Part shown: positions 22,401 to 34,400 of the stretch, piece after piece
Position numbering within the stretch: the first letter of the stretch is position 1
Layout: each line of letters starts with the position of its first letter
Source of the DNA: Lenisia limosa
Taxonomy: Eukaryota > Protista > Breviatea
Direction of reading: 5' to 3'
Length of the DNA stretch: 36,590 nt
Assembly (NCBI GenBank): GCA_001655205.1
Contig: LPNZ01007618.1
Span: 1-36,590, forward strand
Notes under the pieces: model-generated
The model's database searches: none
What the model was told of the DNA's origin: nothing
What the model saw: the letters and a program-made list of their open reading frames with translations, nothing else
Program-made: the position numbers and the translations under genes

Positions 22401-25400
22401 TTGATGGGGGATCAGGGGGGTTAATTATCTTCTCAAAACTTTGTTAACAGCGCTGGCCATCCGTATTATTACCCCCCCCCCCGCAGGACGAACGACTTGC
22501 AATGTACGGCCAAGCCGTCCTGGCAGCAGATATCAGCGGAAATGGACTGGTCGATTACTTCGTCTCTACTCCTGCGGCGGATTACTACAGAGTAAGATGA
22601 CGAAAGGCCAGGGTTTAGCTTCCCTTCTCTCTCTCTGGAACTGTCTTCGCTTTGTTCTTCTTTGATTCTTCATCTCTGGATCTTAACTGTATTTCCATCT
22701 GTTTCATCTTCCAGGGCCGCGTGGAATGGTACCGACGAACATCTGGGGGTACCACCTTGGAAACACCCTGGGTAGGAGGAGTGGTTGATGCTCATGCCAA
22801 TTTACCTCCCTATATTTATCAATTTCTGTTTTGAGAATAAGAAATACTTGTTTGAAATAATAGAGTCGAACAAAACTAAATGGGGTATGGGGCGGAGGGT
22901 GTGTGACAAACCGAAACATCACAAAAACAATCCCGCTGCTGTTTACTATTGTAGCGTTCTACGGTGAACATTGTCGGTCCCAAACAAGTGGCGCTTCGCC
23001 AGTCTTTCTTCGGCAGGTCGCTGGCGGCTTGTGGTGGGGCTTGGACCGGAGGGAACTTCTTTTGATTTTTTATTTGCTTTCATTATCATTTTAACGTAAA
23101 CACAGTAGTATGTTGTGTTCCTATTGGTGATAATCCAATTAGCTACATGTATATATATGATATATACTACATGTATATACCTATATATACAGTGTATAGT
23201 ATATATGATATACTATATATCATAAATATATATAGATATATTATATGATATAAATGAATATTGTTTTTGAGAGGAATCACCCTTTCTGTTCGTGTTTCAT
23301 CCTCGTAGATGTCACTGGCGATGGAGTGAAGGATCTCATCGTCGGTGCTCCCCTGGATTCTGAAGCAGGTTTGTGCAGTTTGGTCCATCCAAGGGATCTA
23401 ATTTTGGAGGGGGTCCCTCAGAGGCAATATAAATGTTACTAAGGTGTAGCAGAAGGGAGGGAGGTGGAGAGGTCCCAAGGGCTAAAATGATATATACCAT
23501 GATATGGTTTGAATGACCATTCTCATGTACGCAGGCAAAGTGATGGCAGGCGGTGTCTACATCTACAAAGGTGGCCTTGGCGGTGTGACTGATAACCCCC
23601 TGCAAGCGCTTCCTGGTCTCCAAGTCGGGTCGTCCTTTGGCTTCAGGTTCGCGGAAAACTACCGGCGCCTGCGTATACTTCCTCTTTTTGTCTGACCTTA
23701 CTGTTTGATGTTATTTCGATTCATTTTTTTGTTGTTTTTATGTTCCATACTGTTTTTTTGCTTTGTTTCTTAAGTTTACCCCCCCCCCCCNNNNNNNNNN
23801 NNNNNNNNNNNNNNNNNNNNNNNNNNNNNNNNNNNNNNNNNNNNNNNNNNNNNNNNNNNNNNNNNNNNNNNNNNNNNNNNNTGCTGTTGGTGCCCCTCTC
23901 TACTCCGACAGACATCCAAACCAAGTAGGAGTTATGGGCATATCAGTACTTTACCAATGAAATTAATGTGTTTTTGTTGGCTAAAATCTAGTAAAATGTC
24001 TATGCATACGTATTGTGTGCTTTCATTTACAATTTATTCAAAGTGTGATTTGTATAATAGGGAATGCTTTCACTTTTTAATTGTATTTTTATTGCTTCGT
24101 CAGGGAGCAGTTTACGTCTTCGGAGGATCTGCTACCGGTGTAAAGACTATTCCCATTTGGCAGGTTGGCCTTTCGTGGCTGTTTTTGTTGTCTTTGTATT
24201 GGCTGCTTCATTGGTTGACGTGCCTTTTGTCGGTAGCTTCTGCCCAAACCATTTCTACAATAAAATTATATCATATGATTCCCAATCCAGTAACCAGTAT
24301 TTTATCCCTCTCGACATTATTCTGCGTCACCCTACCCTTTCCTCTTCTCTCTTATCCTCCTTTCCTATTGACATTTAAGCTGGATTCTAGTTCAATCTAT
24401 GACCTGTAGGTTGATTCAAATGAAGGGTTTATATTGACATGTGTTGACAAGATATAATTTAAAATTACAACTTGTCTGGACTAGGAACGAATTCCTCTCA
24501 GGTTAATGGATTAACGGAAGCATTTATCCATTCCCAAGGCGTCCAGTCCTGTGCTGCAAAAGGGGGTGGTGGGTGGGTGAAATGTCTTGTTTTAAAATTT
24601 GAGGGGAATTCAATTATTTTCTTAACTTTTATTGTCGTTCTGGAAAGTTCGTCATCCGAGGTATCGAGTGTTCTATTGATCTGAATTCAACCTCCCAATT
24701 AAATTGGTCCACTAAGTTAATTATTCTAACACCTATCCCAATGGGTGATGTTTTAGTAGGTTTTCCTGTTTCTTCTAACCCTCCAGATTGGTCTTTCTGA
24801 GCAATGTGATTTCAAGCAACATCCTGAAATCATCTCCTATTCTCTCATTTCTTTCTCTCTCTCTCCCTCCCCCCTTTTCTCTCCTTCAATAATGTCATGG
24901 ATAAAACGGATTTAATCCCCCTCCGGTTCCCTAAATATATCTTTTTTCCTGTTTTGATTTTTGATTTCTTTTTTCGCTAACCTTGCAGACCGAGGGTTCA
25001 AGGGGCCATTCTCAGTTCGGCTTCTCTCTGACCTCGGGCGGAGACTTCGACAAAAACGGCATTCCGGACTTGGTAGGTTGTCTGATTGTTTTTAATGTCA
25101 TCCATGAGATATGGTTAATATGCATGTCATCTACGTTATTACTACGTCTTCCATTATGAATGTGGTATCCAGACACTCATTTTTTGCGTACTTTATTTCT
25201 CTATATATAGTATGTCATCTATCCCCGTTCCCCCGATTCATCTTAAATCCCTGATAATTTTGAATTGGTTCACAATCCGCCCTGAGAAACTTTCTGCAGT
25301 TCGTTTTGTTCTCTTACTCTTACTCCCCCAAAGGTGGTCTCCGCGCCATACGCAGCCGAAAGTGGAGCCAGAGGCGGCTCGGTCTACGTCTACCATGGCG

Positions 25401-28400
25401 ATGCCACTGAGATTTTCGGCAAATGGGAGCCCCAGGAAATCAGCGGTGGAGACACTTTCGGCTTTGGCGTTGCAGCTGTTCCGATGGATATCAACAAAAA
25501 CGGTTATTCTGACCTGGCAGTTGGGTCAGGACATCCGGATGATATTTACAAGGTTCGTAGGTCAATAGTCGGTCTTGGGGTTGTCATTTTCATCAAATCT
25601 ACTTTAACGATCAATCTTCTTTCATACCGTTGATAAACGGTCTTAACAATACTTTGACCACCATTGGCTGCCGTAAATTTAATGAAGTTCTGGTTCATGT
25701 ATCGTCGAAGTTCACATGGATAAACATGTTCATTTTGCTGTTTATAATGGAAACCACTCTTAGAAATACTTCTATATCGTCAAGAACCCTTGATCCGTAG
25801 CCCCTGGTCAATGCCTGCAGCATTTTAACGACTTTAGACAGTGCCTATTCCCGAACAAGACGTCATCTACATGAAGGCAGTCATCAGGGACTTCAATACG
25901 TATAGCACTCCGTCTGGCACACAACATCACGATTTCGAGGTAGCCATGGTGTTATGGGAGAGGGTCAGTCCAGATTTGGGTGGATGTATGTGTGCGTGTA
26001 TCTGTTTTTTCATCTACCTATGTAGTCTCATCGCGTTGTATTTCAGAGATAAACAAAAATATTGAGAATGGAGAGACTAGAGATTACAATGTTTACTTCT
26101 GCTGTTGCCAGATATTTCATTGAGAGTTGCTATGGGAATTTACCTGGCTTCCTTTATTGTTGTGTCTTGCCAAGTATCCAATCATCAGTTCGTGAAACTG
26201 ACACACTCTAGATGCCTTGGGGCGCGGTTGACTGCAGTAACGGCTTCCTCTATGGCATGATTCGAGTGGGCGGGTTGATATTATCTTGGCCTGATATGTT
26301 ATACCATTTCGCATTGGCGTGGTAGCCATGCCTTTTTTACGTGATCTTTCAATTATCTATACACGGCAGGCACAAATGAGATTCATGATATTTAAGTGTG
26401 GATATTTCCATTCTAGATTTTGTCACCACATGTGTGATTTACTTGGAAATCAAGAGGGTCAAGTCCGATTTTCAATCACAATAAACCCCAGACCTTTTTT
26501 CAGACTTTGATTATGACTCTCCAGGGTAGCGGCAGCCAAGACCAGTGCGGATGGGATAATTGCCAAAACGACGCAGATCCTGTGCAGGGACGTGCAGACT
26601 GCAAGTAGGCTCTCTGATACCCATTAAGGCAATTCGCCACACTACTATATGATCATATAGGTGAAAGTAGGAAACCATAGATAGTTGCTATCTGTCTGGG
26701 GTATTATTTTTGAAGCTGACAAAGTGATGCAATGCATATATCATGATATTGTGGATAGCATCTATTTTTCTTGATTTACTGTATCCTCACCCAATCAGTG
26801 TTTGCTGTATCCCCAATGGCAGTGGCGCCTACAAAGAGATCTACGCTTCAGGTTTTTCCGGCATGACTACCGGTCTCTTGCAGCCCAACCTTGGAAGCTG
26901 CCCGGGAAGACTGTGTCGAAAGGTGGGGAGGGGTCATGGGGAGAAAAAGACGAGAATCTGAGCTTTATCATGATTCATGTATGAACGCTATTCTATGCCA
27001 AAAATAGTCCCATGATTGAAGTGTCGATACAATAGTCTGCTCTTTTCTTGGACTAGTGGTTTTTTAGTGGCGCCTAGGGATGACTAGACGGGCCCGGGGG
27101 ATGCATGATTTGGCGTGACCGAAATGTTTGAGTTCTTATTTCCTTAGCCGAGTCTTGTCGAATGTGCTGGAGGCGAACCATGCTCCAAATGTTTCCACAC
27201 CCAGGAAATGTTTCAGTCTTGGTATGTTGGATGATAATGCTGATATTCTGCCTCTTGGCAACACATGTCTTCGATGACCAACATGTCTTTCTCATATTAT
27301 TCTGTTCATAAAATGTCGGAATTTAGTTTTTTGCGTCATCCCATCTATTTATGTCCTCACCTCCTACAGGTATCTTGATGACAACCAATGGGCCCGGAAC
27401 TCAACAGTCTATATTGAACTTACTCGCGACCCAACAGACACGCGCTACTTCGTTTTCAAAATGAAACCTTCCGTATGTTGTTACCTGACAGAGCTGGTCT
27501 TTTCATTTGGTCGCTGTTCCCTAGCTATCTGATTGCGTTACATCGCTACACTATCATATCGTATACTATGTGTGTCTTTCTCGACCATTTATTTGAGATT
27601 CCGCTTTAATTAGGACGTCACTTCGGTACGAAAAAAGACTTAAATTCATAAGTCCTCGATACATGTCGATATTTCACCGTCGTTTCGAACCGAATTATCC
27701 CCACTATTAATATGTCTTGACAATATGACCATTTAGCCTGGTAACGAAAATGCCCAGTTCTTTGCTGCCGACCACATGGTTGGTTCAATACCAGGAATGA
27801 TTGAAATACAGTCATCATTCGTTTAGTCCAATGTGGTTTGGTTTAATTGATATTTCTTTATTTTTCCACACAGTAAATTTCGTTCTTAACCCGATTTTAG
27901 GTCCAGGATCCTGACTATCTTGCGGGCGAATCTCTAGGATGGGGCGACGTTTATTCCATTTCCGGCACCAACCAGTGGGTTATTGAGACCTTCATATCAT
28001 GTGAGATCATCATGTTCATTCAGTTGAGAAAAATGCATCATCATCATACCATCATGCAAAGAGCAATCGTTGTAGCAGCTGCATTTCAACAGTAAAATTC
28101 GGCCTCACTGCCCGCTATATCTTGGATTATTTGGCATTAATGAATCCAGTAACTTCGGTTTCACCTCGGAAATCAATTCCGACTTCGTATATCGAGGTGG
28201 CGAGGAGTTCTTCTTCTCTGGAGGTTGGTTTTAAGATCATATCATCTCCAAACTCAATTATTTACTTTTATTGGTTCTATCAGATGGCTCCTCCGGGCAG
28301 TTAATTTTCATAATATGCGTTTTATGTTGTTTTTCGACTGGATGTTTGAAAATGTTATCATTTGCAAGAACAATTACTGTATGATCAAATAATGTCACTT

Positions 28401-31400
28401 CATCGCAACTTTTCGAAAGACCTAACCAATTATGTCTGATTCTTATTTCTCTGTAGATGACGATGTCTGGGTCTTTATCAACAACAAGGTATTCAGACTT
28501 GGTCTCAAAATACATTTGAACGACGGCCAATTGTCTGACTTGCTGTTATTTCCCCGTTTTTTTTGCCTGGCTTGTGAAGTTCATCCCCCCCCCCCNNNNN
28601 NNNNNNNNNNNNNNNNNNNNNNNNNNNNNNNNNNNNNNNNNNNNNNNNNNNNNNNNNNNNNNNNNNTATCACTTTGGACTCCATCAAAACTTCGGTACGG
28701 CAACCTGTTCATTTCTGTCCCCCCTTTCCCAGTCGCCTAACTATTTTGTAAAACGGGTCAAACACTTTCCCCGAACACTCCAGATTATCACAGTCTAACG
28801 TAATGTTAGTATTGGGGACAATGGTCCAGTTGCCACAAAATCTGACTTTTTTTAGCATTCTTTGGAAGTTGGGAAGCGCTACAATTTCGACATGTTCCAT
28901 GTAGGCTCCAGGAAATATACTCGTTATTACAACTTTGTTAATTGTTGTTTTTGTTTATTTTTATATCTTATCTATTCCATATGTGTCTCATCAACCCAGG
29001 CTGAACGACATACAACGGCCAGTAACTTCGAAATCACAACGTCCATTGAATTTGACACTCAGGTTGGTTGCGGAAATACCCCATGTTTTTCATAAACGTT
29101 GAAGGCCCATAATTATAATATTGATGATATTACATACAATTCTTTGTAATTTGTTTATTTTGCTTTGTTTCTGACCCCATCCAGGCGACGTTGGAGACGA
29201 TCAGTCGTCGCGGCCATCGAGTGATGTTGTCGCAGCCTTCACCAGAAGTCCCTCACCCTGAGGACTTGAAACTCGCACAGGATCGTGAGTTATAGTCTCG
29301 AGTTAATTGGTCTTGGTTTCATTTCAATATTAGTTTTGTTGATTATGTGTGTGTGTGTTACATTTCTCTTGATTTCGTTTTTGTTTTGATCGTATGGATC
29401 ATTCTTTGTAATTCCATTTCCCTTTACTTCATCTCACTCTCCAGCCGAATCCAAGCCTTCGCCCTTGTTATATTACGTTCCAAGACAGGATACGGATGTG
29501 AGCAGTTCTTGAGAGGTTTAATAATATTTGCGTTTTTCTTCATGAACATTTTAACGCAAGAACCTTATTTTGGACCTGATTGACTTTTCCGCAGATATCT
29601 CGCGACGACCACACCAACTCACGGAGTGTTGCTGAAGATGAAATGTCCCTTATTGATCGCCGTGATGCTGCGTCGTGTTCAGGCCTCTATGCTGACCATG
29701 CGTGTTACACATTCCATACCTTCCCGTCAACGCACAGCCAAGTATGCAAATGTGACTGTTTTAAATGTTACTCCATTATTGTTGTTATATTTCCATCACT
29801 CATGATCCCCATATTTAACATCGTTGTCTTGCGCAAATGTGGTATAACTCAGTTCAGGCGTATTTGTTATTTGATATCAACTGTCACCAATTTCGTCCAG
29901 GTTGTCGTCTTATGAACCACTTTTGTGTTATATGAATATCATATGATATAAAGTATGGCCCAATTCTTTCCCCATTCACAATGTAGTCTGAAGCAACCTG
30001 CCTCGGCATTGGCGGCCACTTGGCGTCCGTTCATTCAGCGGAACTTAACGCAGAACTCAAGGAATTGGTCGAATCCAAATTGTCACCTGGTTGGTCGTGG
30101 TGCATCGGCTGGTAGTTTTTCTACTTACTCTTGTTCGTGTTACTAGTGGCTGTGATTTAGTTCAATTTGACACGATCTGTGAGGAGAACCCCCAACCTTC
30201 CACCGTTGAAGTTGTCTCCACTGTACCTTTTAGCTTCCATTATTTTTGTTGATATTCTGTTTTGACCCCCTCAGGAGCGTGGGCACACATTGGGGCTTCC
30301 GACACAGTGTCTGAAGGCAACTTTGTTTGGACCGACTCCACCGCTTTTGACTTCGGAACTACCGATAATGTGGGAATGGATGATCATTGACAGTCTTTAT
30401 TTGACATCTGTTTATTTTTTTATTTTAAAATTGTGGGAGTATTGCTTCATTTTTTATTTGGATGTATTAACGTTTGTTTTCAAATTGTATTTTGAGTTGT
30501 GAATCCTCAATTCCCAATTATTTTTCAGGTCTACCCTTGGGAAGCCTTCGAACCGAATGACCTTTCAGGAGTATGCTGGACCTGTTTCATTGTTCTACTC
30601 TTCATATGCTACTTATGCTCAAGTACTTCTTGTTTATATTGCCGAAATGTTGTTCTTTCTAATTTTGATGATTTAATTTAATAATTTTGTTGGACTCCCT
30701 GTCCTACACAACAACTATATTGATAATGTTACCATATATGACCCGTTCAGTCCGAAGACTGTGTCGCCATCACCTCGCTTGGCTATTGGAAGGACGTTTC
30801 ATGCTCCATCGCGTCCAGCTTCATCTGTCGTGTTGCCTACGACTGCTCTGTGGTAAGTTACGGCAACTTTCAATTTATTCTGCTTCTTTTGTTTTCTTCG
30901 ATTCACATTGAACGGGCGACCTTCGAATCATTTTTAAGTGTTTTATCGGATACAAAGTATTGTCTTGGTGACTCGATCCACATGTATGCGATATATTTTT
31001 TGGTCGCTTCTTCTGTTTATTTAATATTCCAGGGTGGCTGTACAAATGGCATCTGCGAAGGTGACAACACATGCCTTTGTGCCAAAGGATTTATTGGGGA
31101 AAAGGTACGCGAGCAAAGAATAATCAGACGCGATAATATTATGATGTGTCTTTAAGCCAAATTCGTAAAATCTAGGATAATCAAGATTTAACGATTCCCA
31201 TTTTGTGTGATATTCATTTTTCCACCAACCTACTAATTATAAGTTGATCCCCATTTTGCAGTATTCCTTTTTTATCTCAAACCTACATATCATACGTTGA
31301 TTCCCGTTTAGTGCGATGTTCCCTGTGACGCAACCGGCGGTGTAGACAATGGAAAGGGAGAATGCGTGTGTAGAAACTGTTTCTTCGGTGACACTTGCTC

Positions 31401-34400
31401 TTCGACTTTGCCGGGTGAGTCCCATTCTCAAGATCCATTAACATGATGCAATATTTCAAAAACATACTTAAAATCCACCCATATCTAGGAGGTGTATTGA
31501 GTGGGGATGGTAGGTCAGGATTTTCATCGAAACAGGCTCGCCACGTCATCAGCTTCTACTTGAGATATTTTTTTTCGTCACAGAATGGTTTCTAATGCAC
31601 TTCAATCAACATGCCTAGAGATATTATGTTGAGCGTAGATGGATGACTCGCGTATCACCTTTGATTATGGAAATCGAAAGTTATTACTGGATACAAACAC
31701 CTTTCTCGATTCCTGTTTTCATTATTTATTACTCAAAGCTCACATAAACTAATTAGGAGTATTGCGGAGATAGTTCTAACTATCCTTGATAAATTTTTGA
31801 AAGTGAAAAATTCTGATGTCGGTCAGCCTGTCTGGGATCGACCCAAATTTTGGGCCACCTACTATTATATCCTTTTCATATTAATGACCCCCCTTAGTCG
31901 AAGATGACCCAACCTCATTGTGCACCGGACATGGAACCTGTGCTTCTTCAACTGGTACGGCTGTGCTTTACGTTAACAAAATAGTGATACTTTGTATCTC
32001 CATTGTCATTGTCACTCTCTTTCAATTCTATTCGGCACTTAGTTTGGTCTCGTTCTTGTTTCATCTCTTTAATGACTTTGGCATTGACCATTTCAGGACT
32101 CTGTAGCTGCTCCTCCAACTTCTTTGGCGATAGTTGTTCCGAATGCAAATCCGGATTCATTGGTCCTGACTGTCTCGAGGAATCGCAGTTTACCGGGTTT
32201 TTGACGGATAGTGTAATGGTGACCCCTCTTTCTCGAGCGGTTGACTTCGCCGATTTCAATCCGGTGGGTTCCTAACTTTCCGTCAAAAACTGTTCAGATG
32301 ATACTCTGTTTTCTTTATTTTTCTCGGAATTTTTTGTGTTTTGGCAGTCTGTATTGTTATCACATATTTCGCTATCATGATAATTCGACACTTGAACTGT
32401 TATTATTATCAGGCCGCCTTCCGCCTTTCGGCTGAGCTTCTGCCCGTATCGATGACCTCAGTGCTCCCTAAGGTCATTGTTGCCCTTGGTGGTGACTCTG
32501 ATAGTACTTTCCTTGGTGTTGCTCCAAATGGAATCTCATACATGGCTCAAGTCAAGCTTTCAGACGTGGGGGGTTGTGGCTGTCAGTTTGTCTGTCTTCC
32601 CAGCGTTTTTATGAACACTGTGAATTACTTCTCTTACGGTTCAGGGTTCTGTGGTGAAAATTGAGGCACTGAATAGTGTGACACTCAATACCTGGCAAAC
32701 GGTCGAGTAGGAGGGGTTTTTTTTTTGTATTTCCTGTTCTCTCTTCAGAATCAATACCAATCACATCATACTCCATTGCTATTTATGAATTTTTGATAAT
32801 GTGTCAGTTTTCGCTCTGACCTCTCCAGACTGGTCTTCGAAGATGATGTTCTGTCGATTCTCGTCAACAACACGGTTCTTGCCTACACTTCAGTGGAACT
32901 CGATGCGTCACCTGGTGCGTTGGGGTGAACCTTTGTTCATTCTTGTGTGGAACATTTTATATTAGTTCCCTTGTTATTGATATGTGAATATCTAGTGCTC
33001 TTCAAGTGGTAACAAGACGCCCAGTATTTGCATAATTTATTCACATAATGTGTAATAGTATCCTTTTTATTTTTGATATTTTAGTGTCCCTTGCTATTCA
33101 TGTTGGCGGAAATGGTGCGAGTTCAAACCCCCTGCCTGGAACTGTAAGCTTTGGAAACAAATTATGACAGAGATAAAAGGCAAAGGAAATGGGCATTTTT
33201 TGGCTTTGAATCATTCATTTCCTATTTTTTTTGTTTCCAGTAAATATTTCATAAGTTCTGCTGTTCCTTTCCTGATATTTTTTGATATTATGTTAAAAAC
33301 ATCGGTGCCCCCCACTCCCACCCCATTTGTGTGCCTTATTGACGCACCGTTCACCTACCACAGTTGACGAACGTTCTCGTGGCCTTGGACCATTCCGGCC
33401 CAGCAGCGTACCGCCTGCCGTCTTTCATTCAACCGGAAACTGCGGCCATCATCATGAAGTGGGAAGGGATCTCTTTGTTATGCATATGTAAGTATAAGTT
33501 AATGTATTCATATTGTTCAATCTACCTCGTTAAAACACAATGAGAAAAACATCTGTTAGTCTTATAAATGGTGTATTCAACCATTGTAATCATCTGGAAT
33601 GGATAACAGCAAAACTAAGTTATTGACATGAATTTAACTAACTTGTATTCATATCTGAGGTATCTTGCTTGTCTCCACATAGTTTAGTTTCATTATCTGA
33701 AGGTCTGGCGAAGAAATCTTTTTGTCACATGATTCAATTGGTCCAAAGGTGCCTCGAAATGGCGATTTCGTCATCACTGGAAAGGTCTGGGGAATTTATT
33801 GGGGGTCTTTCGATATCATACACCTTACGTTCCTTGTTATTGTATGTCACGTTTATGACGTAACGTTTGCTCCAGATGTCCGGGTTTTCAACGACTGCCG
33901 GCCTATTGCGTGAAGAGTACTTGGTGTCACTTAACAACCTTCCATCTCAGGTGGGCCTTTTCGGAGTCCCATTAGACAATGCAACTATTGGAAACATGTT
34001 CATGTCATTTCTGACATTTGTTAATTTTCATAGTTTTATCCTTTCTTGATCTGCAGGCTGTGGTTGGTTGCGTTTTTTTCATTACCATACTGACTCTGAG
34101 TTGAGTTGTTGTTTAACGTACATGTATTTACAATATTTGACTTCCAGTTCTCGTTTCGTTTTCATTTTATTTGTTTCTAAAGTTACCACCCCCAGGACTA
34201 TTATCTGACCAACACGCCCAAGACCTCCAGAATCGCGTCCAATATCAACATGAAGTAGGAACCTGGGACGTTTGATTGTTAATCAAACTCTTCATAAGGG
34301 ATACTAGCTCTGTTATTGTGTTGTAAGTTCTTCATCCGTTAACCCTCATCAGCGATCTCTACCAAGACGACCATTTCCTTCTGCGCTATCTCGGACAGAT

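Noticed and set aside
23144-23255. TA-rich tract as a functional element or MITE
   Set aside because: Simple low-complexity repeat with no termini or TSD; similar tracts occur in other introns.
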